Source: the human T2T-CHM13v2.0 reference genome, Homo sapiens. Taken from it: a DNA stretch of 64,000 bases. Below the pieces are notes generated by a model. The model ran no database searches and was not told where the DNA came from. It worked only from the letters and a program-made list of their open reading frames with translations. Location: assembly GCF_009914755.1 (NCBI RefSeq), contig NC_060930.1; one strand, 5' to 3'. Of the stretch, positions 39,956-54,723 are shown piece by piece; the first letter of the stretch is position 1, and every line of letters begins with the position of its first letter. The position numbers and the translations under genes are program-made.

Positions 39956-41635
39956 TAAATTAGAGATGATATAAACAAATGGAAAAACATACCATGCTCA
40001 CGGATAGGAAGAATCAATATTGTTAAAATGGCCATACTGCCCAAAGCAATTTAAAAATTCAATGCTATTCTTATCAAATTACCAATAACATTTTTCAGAG
40101 AATTAGAAAAAAAATTTCTAAAATTCATTTGGAACCAAAAAAGAGCCAGAACAGCCAAAGCAATCCTAAGAAGAAAGAACAAAGCTGGACACATCCTGCT
40201 ACTTGACTTCAAACTATACTACAAAACTACAGTTACTAAAGCAGCATGGCAATGGTACAAAAGAGACACATAGACCAGTGGAACAGGTTAGAGAACCCAG
40301 AAATGAAGCCACACACTTACAATCATCTTAGCTTTGCCAAAGCCAACAATAAAAATCAATGAGGAAAGAACAGTGTATTCAATAAATGGTGTTGGGATAA
40401 CTGGCTAGCCCCATATGCAGAAGATTGAAACTGGATCCCTATATTTCACCATATTCAAAAATCAACTCAAGATAGACTAAAGACTTACATGGTAAAACTA
40501 AAATGATAAAAACCACAGAAGAAAACCTAGGAAATACCATTATGCGCATCTGTCCTGGCAAACATTTCATAATGAAGACTCCAAAACAATAGCAACAAAA
40601 GCACAAATTGACAAGTGGAACCTAATTAAATTAAGGAGCACCTGCACAGCAAAAGAAACATCAATAGAGTACACAGATAACCGACAGAATGGAAGAAGGT
40701 ATTTGCAAACTATGCATCCAGCAAAGACCTAATAACCACAATCTATAAGAAAATTAAATCAACAAGCAAAAAACAACAACCCCACTAAAAAGTGGGCAAA
40801 GGACATAAACAGACACTTCTCAAAAGAAGACATACACTCAGCCAGCAAGCATATGAAAAACTGCTCAATATCACTGATCACTAGGGAACTGCAAATTAAA
40901 ACCACAATGAGATACCATATCACACCAGTCAGAATGGCTATCATTAAAACGTCAAAAAATAACCAGCTAGTTGTGGAGGAAAGAAATTGCTTACACACTG
41001 CTGGTGGGAATGTAAATTAGTTCAGCCACTGTGGAAAACAGTCTGGGGATTTCTCAAAGAACTTAAAATAGAACTATCATTCCACCCAGCAATCCTATTA
41101 CTGGGTACATATCCAAAGAAATATAAATCATTCTACAATAAAGACATGTGCACATGGATGTTCATCGCAGCACTGTTCACAACAGCAAAGACATGGAATC
41201 AACCTAGATGCCCCCCAGTGGTGGACTGGAGAAAGAAAATGTGATTCATATACATCATGGAATACTACGCATTCATAAAAAAGAACAAGGTCATGTCCTT
41301 TGCAACAACATGGATGGAGCTGGAGGCCATGGTACTAAAAGAATTAATGCAGGAACAGAAAGCCAAATACTGCATGTTCTCACTTACAAGCAGGAGCTAA
41401 ACATTGAGAACACATAGATACGAAGAAGGAAGCAATGGGCATTGGGGGCTATTGAGGGTGGAGGGTGGGAGGAGGGCGAGCATTGAAAAGCTACCTATTG
41501 GGCACTATGCTGATTACATGGGTCACAGAATTGGGGTCTGTACACCAAACCCCTGCCATATGCAACTTACACATAACAAACCTGCACATGTACTCTTTGA
41601 ACCTAAAATAAAAGTTGGAAAATAAAAACAAAAAG
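39956..41635 (+). mobile_element. L1PA15/16-like 3' portion (ORF2 C-terminus and 3' UTR)
   Basis: ORF 40987-41244 [17 protein letters not shown]; 3' UTR TTGAAAAGCTACCTATTGGG...AACCTAAAATAAAAGTT. Confidence 0.93.
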
Positions 41636-43899
41636 GTTGCTTGCTGGCCAGAGATCATTTCCACAGTTCATCTATATAATTATGCTGTATCTTTTGCTCT
41701 TTGGTTTGTTTTTAACTCTACCAATTATAGGAGGACTCCACTCCCTACCCTTACCAAATTCCTTGGCCACATAATCCAATAATAAGAATATTATTCAAGT
41801 GAAATAACCATCAACATTAGAAGTTTTGGACTTATAAACCCTCCATCAAAACATTTTGAAAACTGTCAGCTTTTAAAATGTAATACATGAAGGCTGTTCT
41901 TGAATTCAAAAATAATTGTACAGTAAAATATATAATTATTTTGAGTTAAAGCATGACCATTCTTGTCACAAAATATGCTGTTGTCATTGATCTTTAGCCC
42001 TTCGTCTCCTAAATAATAACATTTTTCCCCTAAATCTTCTCATCTTTTTTTGGTAAGGAGCTGTTTGTCCAATAGGAATTTCCTCTCACAAGAACTGAAT
42101 AGTTCAGGTGTCACTGCTGTTCTCTACTTTTTTATTGTCAAAGTCGAATCCTAGCAAATGCTAGCCGAAGTTCCATCTGCCAGATCATAAATCTCAATTT
42201 CAGTCAGGGTTGTATTAAACTGCCACGATCATCTTCAGCTTTGAGAACCAGCTGATTGTTACGCATCAACATGTTCTTTACATGACTCGAAGCCTTCTGG
42301 CTGGAACCATGGAGAGGAGGCTTCTTATGACTAGCACCCCTGTGGTGGCGGAACTGACCAAGAAAACGCTCACTTTCTGCTCTCAGCTCCAGTGTCTACG
42401 GAGCAATATGTAGATGATCGCTATAGCAATTTCTTGTTGCCTCTTTATTTTCTCCTGATCCTTTTCTGTTAGCATTCTGATCTCCTTCTTTGGGGGATCA
42501 CACAGAGTGTAAACAGGAGGAGGGCATTTTCTAGCATCTACTTGTTTCTGCCCTCTCCCTCTATTTTATAGTTTTTTTCTGCCCAACCACGAAATGCTGG
42601 TGCTTCTCAGGTGCTGTCCCAGGCTGTACTAGAATGGGAATACCTGTCTGGGGGTGATGTCATGCAATTCCAGTAAAGGGCTGGTACAGACCGCAGTGGA
42701 ACAAGCACAGGACGGCCCACTCCCCATTTCCTTCTCATCTCCAGCAGCTAGGCCCCTGGCTCGTCCCTGGAGCTTTAAAATTCTGTGCATCCCTTTGAAA
42801 TCACCCTATCATTCTCCTCTTCTCTATACAGTCACCCACACAATTGAAAACTGTAAAAGATTCCTAGAGATCATCTGATTTAGCGTCCTTTAAACTGTGT
42901 TCTAGAAGTTGGTGCCGGGGCCAGTAGAGGAAGCAAAGGAAGACTGAGCTTCTGGATCCTGGCTTCTAAGTCTGCTTCTTCCATGGTGGCTTTGTTTCTA
43001 ACTCTTTTATGTTCTAGCCTGTCTCACAAGATTTTAGTAGAAAAAAGTGTGTCTTGGCCAAAGAAACAGTTCACAAACCGCTAACTTGGTCCATATCATT
43101 GTCAGAAAGCAAATTTGATGAAGTGGTATTTTTTCCAAAATCCTGTAACTTAATTGTGGCAGAACTAGGACTAGAACCAAGTTTGGTTGGGTAATATTTT
43201 TACTATAGCATCCTGCCCCTGGTAAATAATGTATTTACACTTTAAACACCAGCAGAAATTTAAGCCAAAGGAAGAAACAAACAAACGCGATGAGAATTTC
43301 AGGCAGACTATGATGATGTATTGATGAGAGAGAAATTTTGAAACTACTGAGGTCTCTTCAGTCATACCCACTAAGTTAGTGAATGGTTCTGCTTTGATCA
43401 TGATGTCAAGGTGGGAATAAAGAATGCTTATTTTTCTGTCTATTTGTAAAATAGGATAGAAATGGATATTAAAATGCAAAAATAGTGCATTTTTGATATT
43501 TATCTACAATAACTCACTTGACCAAATTCTAGATTTTGTTGGATCAAATAATTTGAACACAGACAGAGAAATTTTGAAAAGTGTGTGTGTTTGTGTGTGT
43601 GTTTTCATTGCAAATCTCAAATTCTAAGTTAATTTATCACATTGGAAATACGATGCCTGATTTTTCCTGGCATTTGGCAATATTTATCCATGCTTTATAA
43701 CTATCACAAAACAATCTTGGATAGGCTTTTATTGGTCAGATATTGAATTAGCCAACAAGAAAACATTGTTCCATTGAATTTATAATATTTAAGAACACAC
43801 ATGGAAAGGGAGGGGAGAGGAGATTGGTATAATAGATTTCAAATTGAATTTCAAAATTTTCAAATAAATAACCTAAGATATCAGTGTGGAACTTAAACT

Positions 43900-44400
43900 A
43901 GTCTTCCATGGTATGAATATACTACAGTTTGTCTAAACATTCACTCATTAAAGAACATCTGGGTACTTTCCTGGTTTGGGATGTTACAAATGAAGTTGCT
44001 ATAAACATCCATGTACACATTTCTGCATAAAAATTGGGTTTTTATTTCTCTGTGATAAATGGCCAAGAGTACAATTGCTGATTTTATGGAAGTTCATTTT
44101 TTATATAAAAAAAACTTTCCAAACTATTTTTTGAGTGACTGCACCATTTTGCCAGTTATATATGAGTGAGCCAGCTTTTCTGTATAGTTGCCAGCAGTTA
44201 GTGTTATCATTGTTTTTTATATGAGTTATTCTAATAGATGTGTAGTGATAATTATATTAAAATTTGTCTTTTCATTCTCTTAACAAGTCATTTGCAGAGC
44301 AAAATCTTGTAAGTTTGATAAAGTCCAATTTGTCAATTGTTTCTTTTATGGATTATGCTTTCAGCATGAAGCATAAGAATTCTTTGACTAGTCTTAGGTA
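43900..44400 (-). mobile_element. Old L1M (MB/MC) fragment
   Basis: TCCATGGTATGAATATACTACAGTTTG...GCTATAAACATCCATGTACA...TTTATGGATTATGCTTT. Confidence 0.75.
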
Positions 44401-44411
44401 CTAAAGTACCT

Positions 44412-44946
44412 CAGAAGATGTGGTATATACACACAATTGAATCATATTTAGTTTTAAAAAGAAGAAAATGTTGTCATTCATGATGACATGGATGGAATTA
44501 GAGAAAATTATGCCAAGTGGAATAAGCCAGGTGCAGAAAGACAAACATGTTTTTACTTACATGTGCAATCTAACACAATCAAACCTGTATAAAGAGAGTC
44601 AAATGGTGGTTAACAGAGGCTGCAGAGTGAGAGGAATGGGGAGATGATGATCAAAGAACACCAAGTCTTAAATGAGAGAAATAAGGTGTGTTTTTTGAGA
44701 CCTACAGCATAGCCTGGCAAATATAGCTAATAAGAGTGTATTGTGTATTTCAAAATTGCTGCGAGAGTGAGTCTCAAATGTTCTCACCACAACAAAATTG
44801 TTAAGTATTTAAGGTGGTGGATATATTAATTACCTTAATTTAATTATTCAACATTGTATTTATAAATAGTAGCATTACTTTGTACTTGATAAGTATATAC
44901 AATTATAAATTGTCAATTTACAATAAAATTTAAAATACAAAAAAAG
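44412..44946 (+). mobile_element. L1MA-type 3' end
   Basis: ATGTGGTATATACACACAA...ATGTTCTCACCACAA...ATTTACAATAAAATTTAAAA. Confidence 0.85.
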
Positions 44947-46339
44947 AGAGCCAAGAACATTTCTCCCACCAGACATTTTCAAAATATTTTATTTTTTTTT
45001 TAGCAAAAGGGTCAGAAAAATCCTAGACCTCGATATTACAGAAATTAGATCTCTATGTAGTAAAAATTTGAGCTCTTAATATGCTGTGTCTAGGTGTTAT
45101 TCTTGTAATACTATTTATCAGTCTTGTTTTTATAACTTTCTCCCAATTATTCCGTACAACTACTCTCAATTTATTTGCTCTTATTTCCTTTATATCCACT
45201 CAAATATCACACTAATTTCTGCCTTTGGGCTTGCTCATAGTTTTATAGCAATCACAAATGTCACTTACATACGTTCTTCTTGGCCTTCCTTTCCACAAAT
45301 CCCATATACTATTTGGCAGCTAAGGCTAAAAGTATTTCCACTATCTCAAGAGTTTTGTTTTTTTTTTAATGCAAGTTAGAAAACTTTCCTTTAAAATAAT
45401 AACTATGGTATTTCTGGGAGCTGAAAACAATTGAGAAATTTTAGAAGACAAACCCAGGGCCACATGAAATTATAACTATAAAAGCAACACAAAATATGAA
45501 CTGTTAAAGCAATATGAAAGGATTCAAATTTACTTGGTTTTAATTCAATTTGTGAGTGATCAGAGTCATAGGAACCATTATAGGCTATTATGCCAAATAT
45601 TAAAAATAATCTTTCAAAACCCCTCTGCCATTGTCAACTCTCCCTTATAGTATCAGAGGGGTTTCTATATTAAATAATAGCAAATGATTTCAGATAAAAT
45701 GTTTCTGCAATAGTTAATCATAAAAAATAATGTTTTACTACATGATGCATTGGTCATTTAGAAAAAGAAAACTCTTGACTAATACGTCATTATGAAACTT
45801 TTATCTGCTTACTATTGACTACAAATATTACTAATATCCCAAACCTTTTTGTTTTAATTTTAAGAAACTCAATTTCCAGTAACGGTGTCTTGTCACATTC
45901 ATAGATCAACCACTGAAACCTTTACATCAACTTGTATTATATGTTATTGTATTATCTGTGCCAGATCATCTGTTGGTTGAATGAATCTTAATTGGTAAAT
46001 AATTTTAACTTCATTTTATTATAAATGTGATTCTTAAAATATTCAAGGAGAAATACTACTATAAGCTGTCAATATTTATTTGATTATATGTTTATATCCA
46101 AGTTTTGTTTTCTCTGATATGTATGAGAAGGCTACTTTATTTTGTTTTTCACCAGGTACTAATCAACAATAACTTGTGGATTTAAAAACCTTGATTAGAT
46201 AAACTGAAGGCAGAATAAAGGACTATGGCAGCTTCTTGGAATACAGGGGGAAGTTGATGGTTTAAGTTGCTTGAGTCCTAAGCTAGGAGATGTATATTTT
46301 CTCTAACTGGGAGAATATTGGACATGGTGCCATTGCAAG

Positions 46340-46690
46340 TTCATTCATTCATTCAATTAATCAATTAATAGGTATAATGGAGTGCCACTGTGTGTCAGGT
46401 AATGTGAAGGGAGCTACACACATTTTGGTGAATAAAACAAACGGCCCTTACTATCAGAGAGTTTACAAATTAACATAAGAGAGTGGTAACAAACAAGGAA
46501 ATGAACAAATAAATGTATAACTGTAAAGTTTAGAAAGTTCAAATGATGGAAACAAGCAGAGTAGAATGATAGAAACTGCCTGGTATTGGGAAATGGAGAA
46601 GGGGATTATATTTCATAAGCAATCTTTAGGATACTACATTTCAGCAGAGATCTGAAGGATGAGAAAGAGCTAGGCACATTGGCCAGGAAA
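46340..46690 (-). mobile_element. L2 relic
   Basis: TTCATTCATTCATTCAA...GAGTGCCACTGTGTGTCAGG...GCAGAGATCTGAAGGATGAGAAAGAGC. Confidence 0.7.
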
Positions 46691-47178
46691 AATCTGTGCT
46701 ATCACAGAATCCTTCAGTTTACCTACAAGTATAGTTCTAGAGATAAGTAACTAGTAATATTTTTGCCTGTGAACTTGCATGAGTTTTGATACAAATGAAT
46801 CACCATCATTTATTCACAGTGTGGGATGGTAGTTAAAATGGTAAAAACTATGCCATAAATTATGCTAGGAGACAATCCTACTTTCTATATCTCAGGACAT
46901 GTATAATCCCATAAAATGCAAGATGGAACCCTGAAACACTTGGTAAGTGTAGAAATGAAAACCTCCCTACATTTCCTCCCATTTGAATAAGACTGAAAAG
47001 AAGCAGCTTAGAGTCTTCCCCTGAGCTGGAAAAGTGCACAAGCCACCCCATGACAGTATTTCCAAGAGCCCCTTCGCTGAGCCACTTTTCCCAAGGCTTT
47101 GTGCTAGAAAGATGAGAGAATTAATGGAGAGAACAGGAAACAATGCAGAGGAAATTATTCTGCCTGTTATTTGGTTTT

Positions 47179-48192
47179 AAATGGGATCTAATTAAACTAA
47201 AGAGTTTCTGCACAGCAGAAGAAACTATCATCGGAGTGAACAGGCAACCTACAGAATGGGAGAAAAATTTTGCAATCTATCCATCTGACAAAGAGCTAAT
47301 ATCCAGAATTTACAAATAACTTAAACAAATTTACAAGAAAAAACCAAACAACCCCATCAAAAAGTGGGCAAAGGATAGGAACAGACACTTCTCAAAAGAA
47401 GACATTTATGCAGCCAACCAACACATGAAAAAAAACCTCATCATCATTGGTCATTAGAGAAATGCAAATCAAAACCACAATGAGATACCATCTCACGCCA
47501 GTTAGAATGGCAATCATTAAAAAGTCAGGAAACAACAGATGCTGGAGAGGATGTGGAGAAATAGAAATGCTTTTACACTATTGGTGGGAGTGTAAATTAG
47601 TTCAACCATTGTGGAAGACAGTGTGGTGATTCCTCAAGGATCTAGAACTAGAAAAACCATTTGACCCAGCAATCCCATTACTGGGTATATACCCAAAGGA
47701 TTATAAATCATTCTACTATAAAGATACATGCACACGTATGTTTATTGCAGCACTGTTCACAAGAGCAAAGACTTGGAACCAACCCAAATGCCCATCAATG
47801 ATAGATTGGATAAAGAAAATGTGGCACATATACACCATGGAATACTATGCAGCCATAAAAAAGGATGAATTTATGTCCTTTGCAGGGACATGGATGAAGC
47901 TGGAAACCATCATTCTCAGCAAACTAACACAAGAACAGAAAACCAAACACAGCATGTTCTCACTCATAAGTGGGAGTCAAACAATGAGAACACATGGACA
48001 CAGGGAGGGGAACATCACACACCAGGGCCTGTTGGGGGGTTGGGGGTTAGGGAAGGGATAGCATTAGGAGAAATACCCAATGTAGATGATGGGTTGATGG
48101 GTGCAGCAAGCCACCATGGCACATGTATACCTATATAACGAACCTGCACGTTCTGCACATGTACCCCAGAACTCAAAGTATAATGATAATTT
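47179..48192 (+). mobile_element. L1PA7-like, 5' truncated (~1 kb)
   Basis: ORF2 remnants 47447-47629 and 47738-48061; 3' UTR GATAGCATTAGGAGAAATACC...GGGTTGATGGGTGCAGC...CAAAGTATAAT. Confidence 0.95.
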
Positions 48193-48429
48193 CAAAAGCA
48201 TGCAGTGTGTCAGAGTCAAAAATGACAACTTTTTAAAGTCGATCTTAATTCAGGAAAGAAAATGTGATTTTTTTTCTTTTTTTCTTTATTCCTGCAACTG
48301 CCCAGTAACTGTGCTCAATAAAAGCACAGCAAGTGCCCTACAAATGGCTTTGCTTTACGATCTTCAAAAGTAATTTTATATATCTAAACTTTACTTTTCC
48401 AACTTTAAAGTCTCTAAGTTTCTTTCAGA

Positions 48430-48650
48430 TCCAAATAGTAGCTACTGTTTATTGTATACTTATTACATGCCAGTCATTAATGTACATACATTATTTCACT
48501 TAATAATAAAACCCTGTACTAAAGATAGTATTACTCTCATTCTGCAGATAAGAAAATAGTCTCAGAAATACTGCGCAACCTGCGAGAGCCACACAATTAG
48601 TAATTGACAAAACCTAATTCAAACTCAAGCCCACGTTCTTAACCACCTGC
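48430..48650 (-). mobile_element. MIR
   Basis: TTACTCTCATTCTGCAGATAAGAAAATAG...TTCTTAACCAC. Confidence 0.7.
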
Positions 48651-48739
48651 CGATGATTCTTAAGTTCTATGGGCTGCATTTGCACCATAGCCAAGTTCTA
48701 CTTCGTTGAGAGTCTTAAGGGAGTCACTACTAACCCTGA

Positions 48740-49117
<378 letters not shown>

Positions 49118-49403
49118 TAAATAATGGGTATATTCTCCCCATCATTGGAATTATGCTTATTTTAGCAGGTTGTGAGGTGTTTGCAAATTAACAGTGTGGG
49201 TTTTAGATGGAGGATACATCAGGTTAAATTTCTTGCTGACAATGAGCATGAATACACTGGGAGGATTTCTTCAGCCACTAATTTTCCAGAACTGTGGCAA
49301 GATGCTACTTTTCACTGCTACTTGGTGATCAGCAGGAAAGGAGTGCATGGGCTTTTCTTGAGTTTCTCCTCTTAATTCAAACAGTCAACACGTATTCAAT
49401 GAG

Positions 49404-49979
49404 TTTTTTTTTTTGTCATTAATGGACTTCATTTTTAGAACAGTTTTATATTTCTATAAAACCTGAGCAGACAATACAATCTGTTTCCCTTTACATTTCT
49501 CCTGTTAGCATCTATTCATATGGTATATTTGTTACAATTGATGAACAAATATTGGCACATTATTATTAACTGTACTCCTTAGTTTACATTAGGAATTATT
49601 GTTTGCCTTATACAATTTTATATGTTTTGCCAATGCAGAATGTCATGTGTCCACCATTACGGTATCGTATCGAATACTTTCACTGCTCTAAAAATCCTTT
49701 GTGTTCTCAAGCGAGTCCATATTCATCTTCTAGCAATTCCTAAAATACCGTTTGCATTTCTACCTGTTTCTGGCTCTAGAAGCTTCTGGGTCCCATTAAG
49801 CTGTGATTCTTTGAAACAATGATTTCTGCAAATTTCAAGATAATAGTTTGCCCTTGACCTCAATTCTCTATCTGATTTAAGAAGAGTTGTTGATTTTCAG
49901 TTTGTTCAGCTTTTGTCTTGTTATGAAGACAGAAGTAATGATACCAAGCTCTTTACATGTCAGAGTGGAAACTGGAAAT
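49404..49979 (-). mobile_element. L1MC-type element made of only its 5' end and 3' end
   Basis: Minus strand starts TTTCCAGTTTCCACTCTGACATGTAAAGAGCTTGG (L1MC/MD 5' end) and ends AAAACTGTTCTAAAAATGAAGTCCATT plus A-tail (L1MC 3' end); TSD TTCAA(T/A)GAGTTTTT. Confidence 0.75.
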
Positions 49980-50868
49980 TTCAAAGAGTTTTTGAGAAAG
50001 TGTATAAGGAATTAGCACTTAATGCAATGTGTCTACGTGGGCACAAACTTTAGAGAATTTTGTTAAGTAGGAGTACCTTGCTGTGCATGCCAGATTGCCC
50101 CTTCCTGGGATATGGAATATTGAATAGAAATTCTAGGATTCTTGTTGGTAACATGTAAATTGAGGGAAAATAATTCAATATATGAATACTCTGTGGTTTA
50201 TAGTAGCCTCTGTCTATAAAAAGAATATTGGGAAAGTAGAATATCACAAGAGGAATGTGGGTGACATGTTGATGTTCCTGAAAGGCATATTACTTTATAA
50301 AGTCGAACAAACAAACAAAAACTTTTTTTTAACATAGAGGAAATAAATCTTTCAGGTCTTTTGAGGGATTCTCATGTGTGAGATATAATAAGCCTATCGC
50401 CTATTGCTAGAGGGCACAGCTTGGAAAATCTTAGGGAAGCTGAGGAAGCATTCAGCACCATCAGAGCTAGAGTCATTTCCACCCAAAGATCTGAGTTTCT
50501 GTCCCAATGATGGTCAAGATTTGAACAGGTAATGGATTTCACATTGGCTGTACAGTTATGCTAGCATTTTTGTTAACTCCTGATTCTGTAATCTTAAGGA
50601 TGCACCAAGATTGGAGTCCTTTTTGCTCCTAGCCATCAAGGATTGATTAAGTAGGAGCTGCAACCCTTTGACCTTAAGTTTTAAGTGAAAACAAAGGACG
50701 CACAACTTACATCCAGCATCTAATTACTTACTTTCAAATGTGAGATCTTATTTGCTTCTTACATAAATTAATATTTTGTTATTATGGTCTCTCAATTTAA
50801 AGGGAGGCTTAGCAAGGGTGTGTTACTTGTTTCAAGTCTCATATCTAGCAAATAAAACCCCTGAGTAG

Positions 50869-51255
<387 letters not shown>

Positions 51256-51799
51256 TAAGGTAACTCTTGTCTCCTATGGTTCTGATCTAATCTTATAAAA
51301 CTGACTTTTCCAAGATACAAAGAAATGTGACCAGCCATTTTTAGAGAAATAACAAAGTTACATTCAGAAGACTACTTGCCTTTCTGAACTCAACTTTGAA
51401 ATCATTTTCTTTATTTTACTTTCGAATTGATATCCCTAGAGCTTAGTTTGGCACTTCTAGAAGGTCAGTTAAATTATTGTTCCTCTTTCAAATTATAACA
51501 TTTTTAGCCTATTTTTTGTGATTTTTAAAAATTTTTTTTGCTTAAATTCACGAGTGCAGTCTCTACACCCTATGTCAGTGATTATGCCTGCTTTGTGGTG
51601 AGTACCTGTTGACATATTTGCATATTGAAGACAGTAGTCACAAGGAATAGTTAGGCTCTAAATTGAAGTTTTGTCCACCAGTTATCCTCATCAAACTTCA
51701 GAAGGAATTTGCATTCAGATTTCTAACACATGCCCTAGTGCTGGTTTAATTCATACTTCCCTTGCCAACACCAACTACATTTTAAAATACAGTGAGACA

Positions 51800-52030
51800 T
51801 CAATGCACAGTGACTAAGGACACAAAATCTACAGCTAGATTGTCTGGGTTCAAATCCTGACTTTATGTTTTTAAACCTCCACATTTTGGTCATCTCATCT
51901 GCCAAATACACTTTGTACTTCGGAAAGTACAAAGAGGGATAATACCTCCCTCAAAAACAAAATAAATGAAGACACAACAGTGAAGTCCTTGCACTTGGTA
52001 ATAATCCAATAAATACTACGATAATGTCTT
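51800..52030 (+). mobile_element. MIR
   Basis: CTGGGTTCAAATCCTGACT...CTCATCTG...CAATAAATACTA. Confidence 0.65.
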
Positions 52031-52127
52031 TTTTATTATTATTCAAAATGAGACATGATTGCATATCCCAAACTGTGTTTTCAAAAGGTTTTTTTTTTCT
52101 TCTTCTTTTCATGGTGCTCTCATTTCC

Positions 52128-52520
<393 letters not shown>

Positions 52521-53204
52521 TGAGTGAATCCACTGTTGAGGCAAGCTCACATGTAACTCTCCATAACTTCTGACCTAGCAGTCCAGCTGCTATTCTTTAT
52601 TTTTGTGAAGTGTGGAAGCATTTCAGGGGAAATATAGAATGTTTTTTCATTTACCATGTGCTGAAGAATGAGGCTCACCTCAATAGAACAGATATGAGCT
52701 ATTCCCAGTTGCTACGCCATGGCAACATGAATCTATTAAAAAGGCAGCTATATTGGGATCAGAGGAGTCCCAAGATAAAACATGATCTTTGCATCGGCAT
52801 TTGTTTTCTAATTAGGATTGCTCAGTGGTAATGTTTATCCAATAATTTAGTTAAATTTCATTTCTAAAGTATAAATATCCTCTGAAGGCACATAGGTGAA
52901 GGTAAATCAATAACTGCATTATTGTAAATTACCTCATAATTATATATTGATAAACAGAATAAGGTCTTATAATATCAATTTTCCATATCACTTCATACCT
53001 CACCACAACTTACTGGCAAATTGCATTCTTACAGGTTTTTTTTTAAACAAAGCTTTGTTTTATGTAAAACACAGTTCATCATTTTAAAGCAACATGGTTT
53101 CAGCATAGTATTTCTTCTCTTGTTTAAATTTTTTGTGACTGGAAACTCAGGATACCTGACTCAGAAACTACTTTTTAAAAATTTCTCAGGGACTTTTATA
53201 TAAA

Positions 53205-53495
53205 ATTTTTTGTTTGTTTGTTTGTTTTGACAGAGTCTAGCCCTGTCGCCCAGGCTGGAGTGCCATGGTTTGAACTCTACTCACCGCAACCTCCACCTCC
53301 CAGGTTCAAATGATTCTCCTGCCTCAGCCTCCTGAATATCTGGGATTACAGGTGCCTGCCACTACACTCAGCTAATTTTTGTATTTTTAGTAGAGACAGG
53401 GTTTCACCATGGTGGCCAGGCTGGTCTTGAACTCCTGACCTTGTGATCTGCCCATCTCGTGCTGGTATTACAGGCGTGAGCCACTGCGCCCAGCC
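53205..53495 (-). mobile_element. AluS (Sg-like) with (TTTG)n tail and ~11-bp deletion
   Basis: GACCTTGTGATC; CCCATCTCG joined to TGCTGG, lacking GCCTCCCAAAG. Confidence 0.93.
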
Positions 53496-54497
53496 TAAAA
53501 TAATTTTCAGTGAGTTATAAGAAAACAGCTGCATTCTGTTCTGTTTTTAGGCCTGGCCAGAGAATACCAGGAGACTGTAAGATGTCATGGTACATCAAGT
53601 CAGTCTCAAGTGTCCTATAACCCTGGCTTGCCATCAGCTTAGAATGTTCTCTTTTTCTACTGACCTGCCTTCCATCTGTGGTCTCTTCCTTCCGTCTGCT
53701 ATTTATCATGTACTTATTGATGTGTGTCCCAGAATGTTCAGAATCATCTGATTTAAAAGATTCTGTCCCATTTTCAGTAAAAGTAGCCCAATATTTTGTT
53801 GAGAAAACACAGTGACTGTGCATATACCTACCTACTCATTAAGGTATCACTTGTTGGTCACCTAGAGTATAAATTCATGGCGTGGATATGACCTTGGTAT
53901 GAGCCTGTTCTATACTGATTTTGTCCCTCATTGGGGAAAGACACTAGGAGGATGTGTGTATAGTGAATAGAGGTACAGATTGGGCACAGGCAGACTCTTT
54001 CTTGAATCTATTTCATCAATTAGTGGATTTTTTTTCTCCTAGCCAAGTTATTTAGCCTCTTCCTATATGAAATACTCCTTCTTTTCATCTGTTTTTGTTT
54101 TTAAATGAGATGACAATTCATGACTAGTCTTGGTCCCCTTAACACTTAGTGAGTGCTCAACAAATGGTAGGAATTATTATGGATAACAATAATTAGTGTA
54201 AGTTCAATATGTAAATAAAACTGCCTTTTGTTCACTATCACATCGCTTGTCTCATCGGGTCTCATCATGAAATATTGGTCATCATTACTATGAGATCCAT
54301 CTATGGTTAATATTACTAGTGTGACCCTAAAATAGGATTCATCAACTAGGTATGATCATCCGTCTATTCTTTCCTTAAATACATTGAGCAAAATCTTCAG
54401 GGGCAGCTGTATTTTTTAACTGCACATGCTACAGGGATTCTGAAGTGAAACATGGTGAAGAACCACCCAATCAGACATTTGAATGGGGACTGACAGT

Positions 54498-54723
54498 CTT
54501 AAGTCTAAAGAAATTTCCTCTTCCTTCATAGTAATTAGCAAGAAACTTCTACAAAAGTTACAATGCCAATTACTGGAAACGCGCATATCAGGAGTTCCAT
54601 GGAGGACCATTTCCAAGCAGTAGACATCATGCATCAATCTGCTTTTTGAAATCCAGACTGATTTTCCAAATCATTTTTAAATAAGAGGCCTCAAGCCGTA
54701 TGTAAGAAACAAGAAAATTTGTG
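54498..54723 (+). repeat. Dispersed direct repeat, copy 1 (partner at 56258-56483)
   Basis: 216-bp ungapped core with 18 mismatches by manual alignment. Confidence 0.97.

Noticed and set aside
43900-44946. Opposite-orientation L1 pieces as a second twin-priming inversion
   Set aside because: They look like different-age subfamilies and no shared TSD is visible
38913-48138. ORFs with L1 ORF2p motifs (38913, 40987, 47447, 47738)
   Set aside because: Fragments of truncated, stop- and frameshift-ridden L1 copies; not functional CDS
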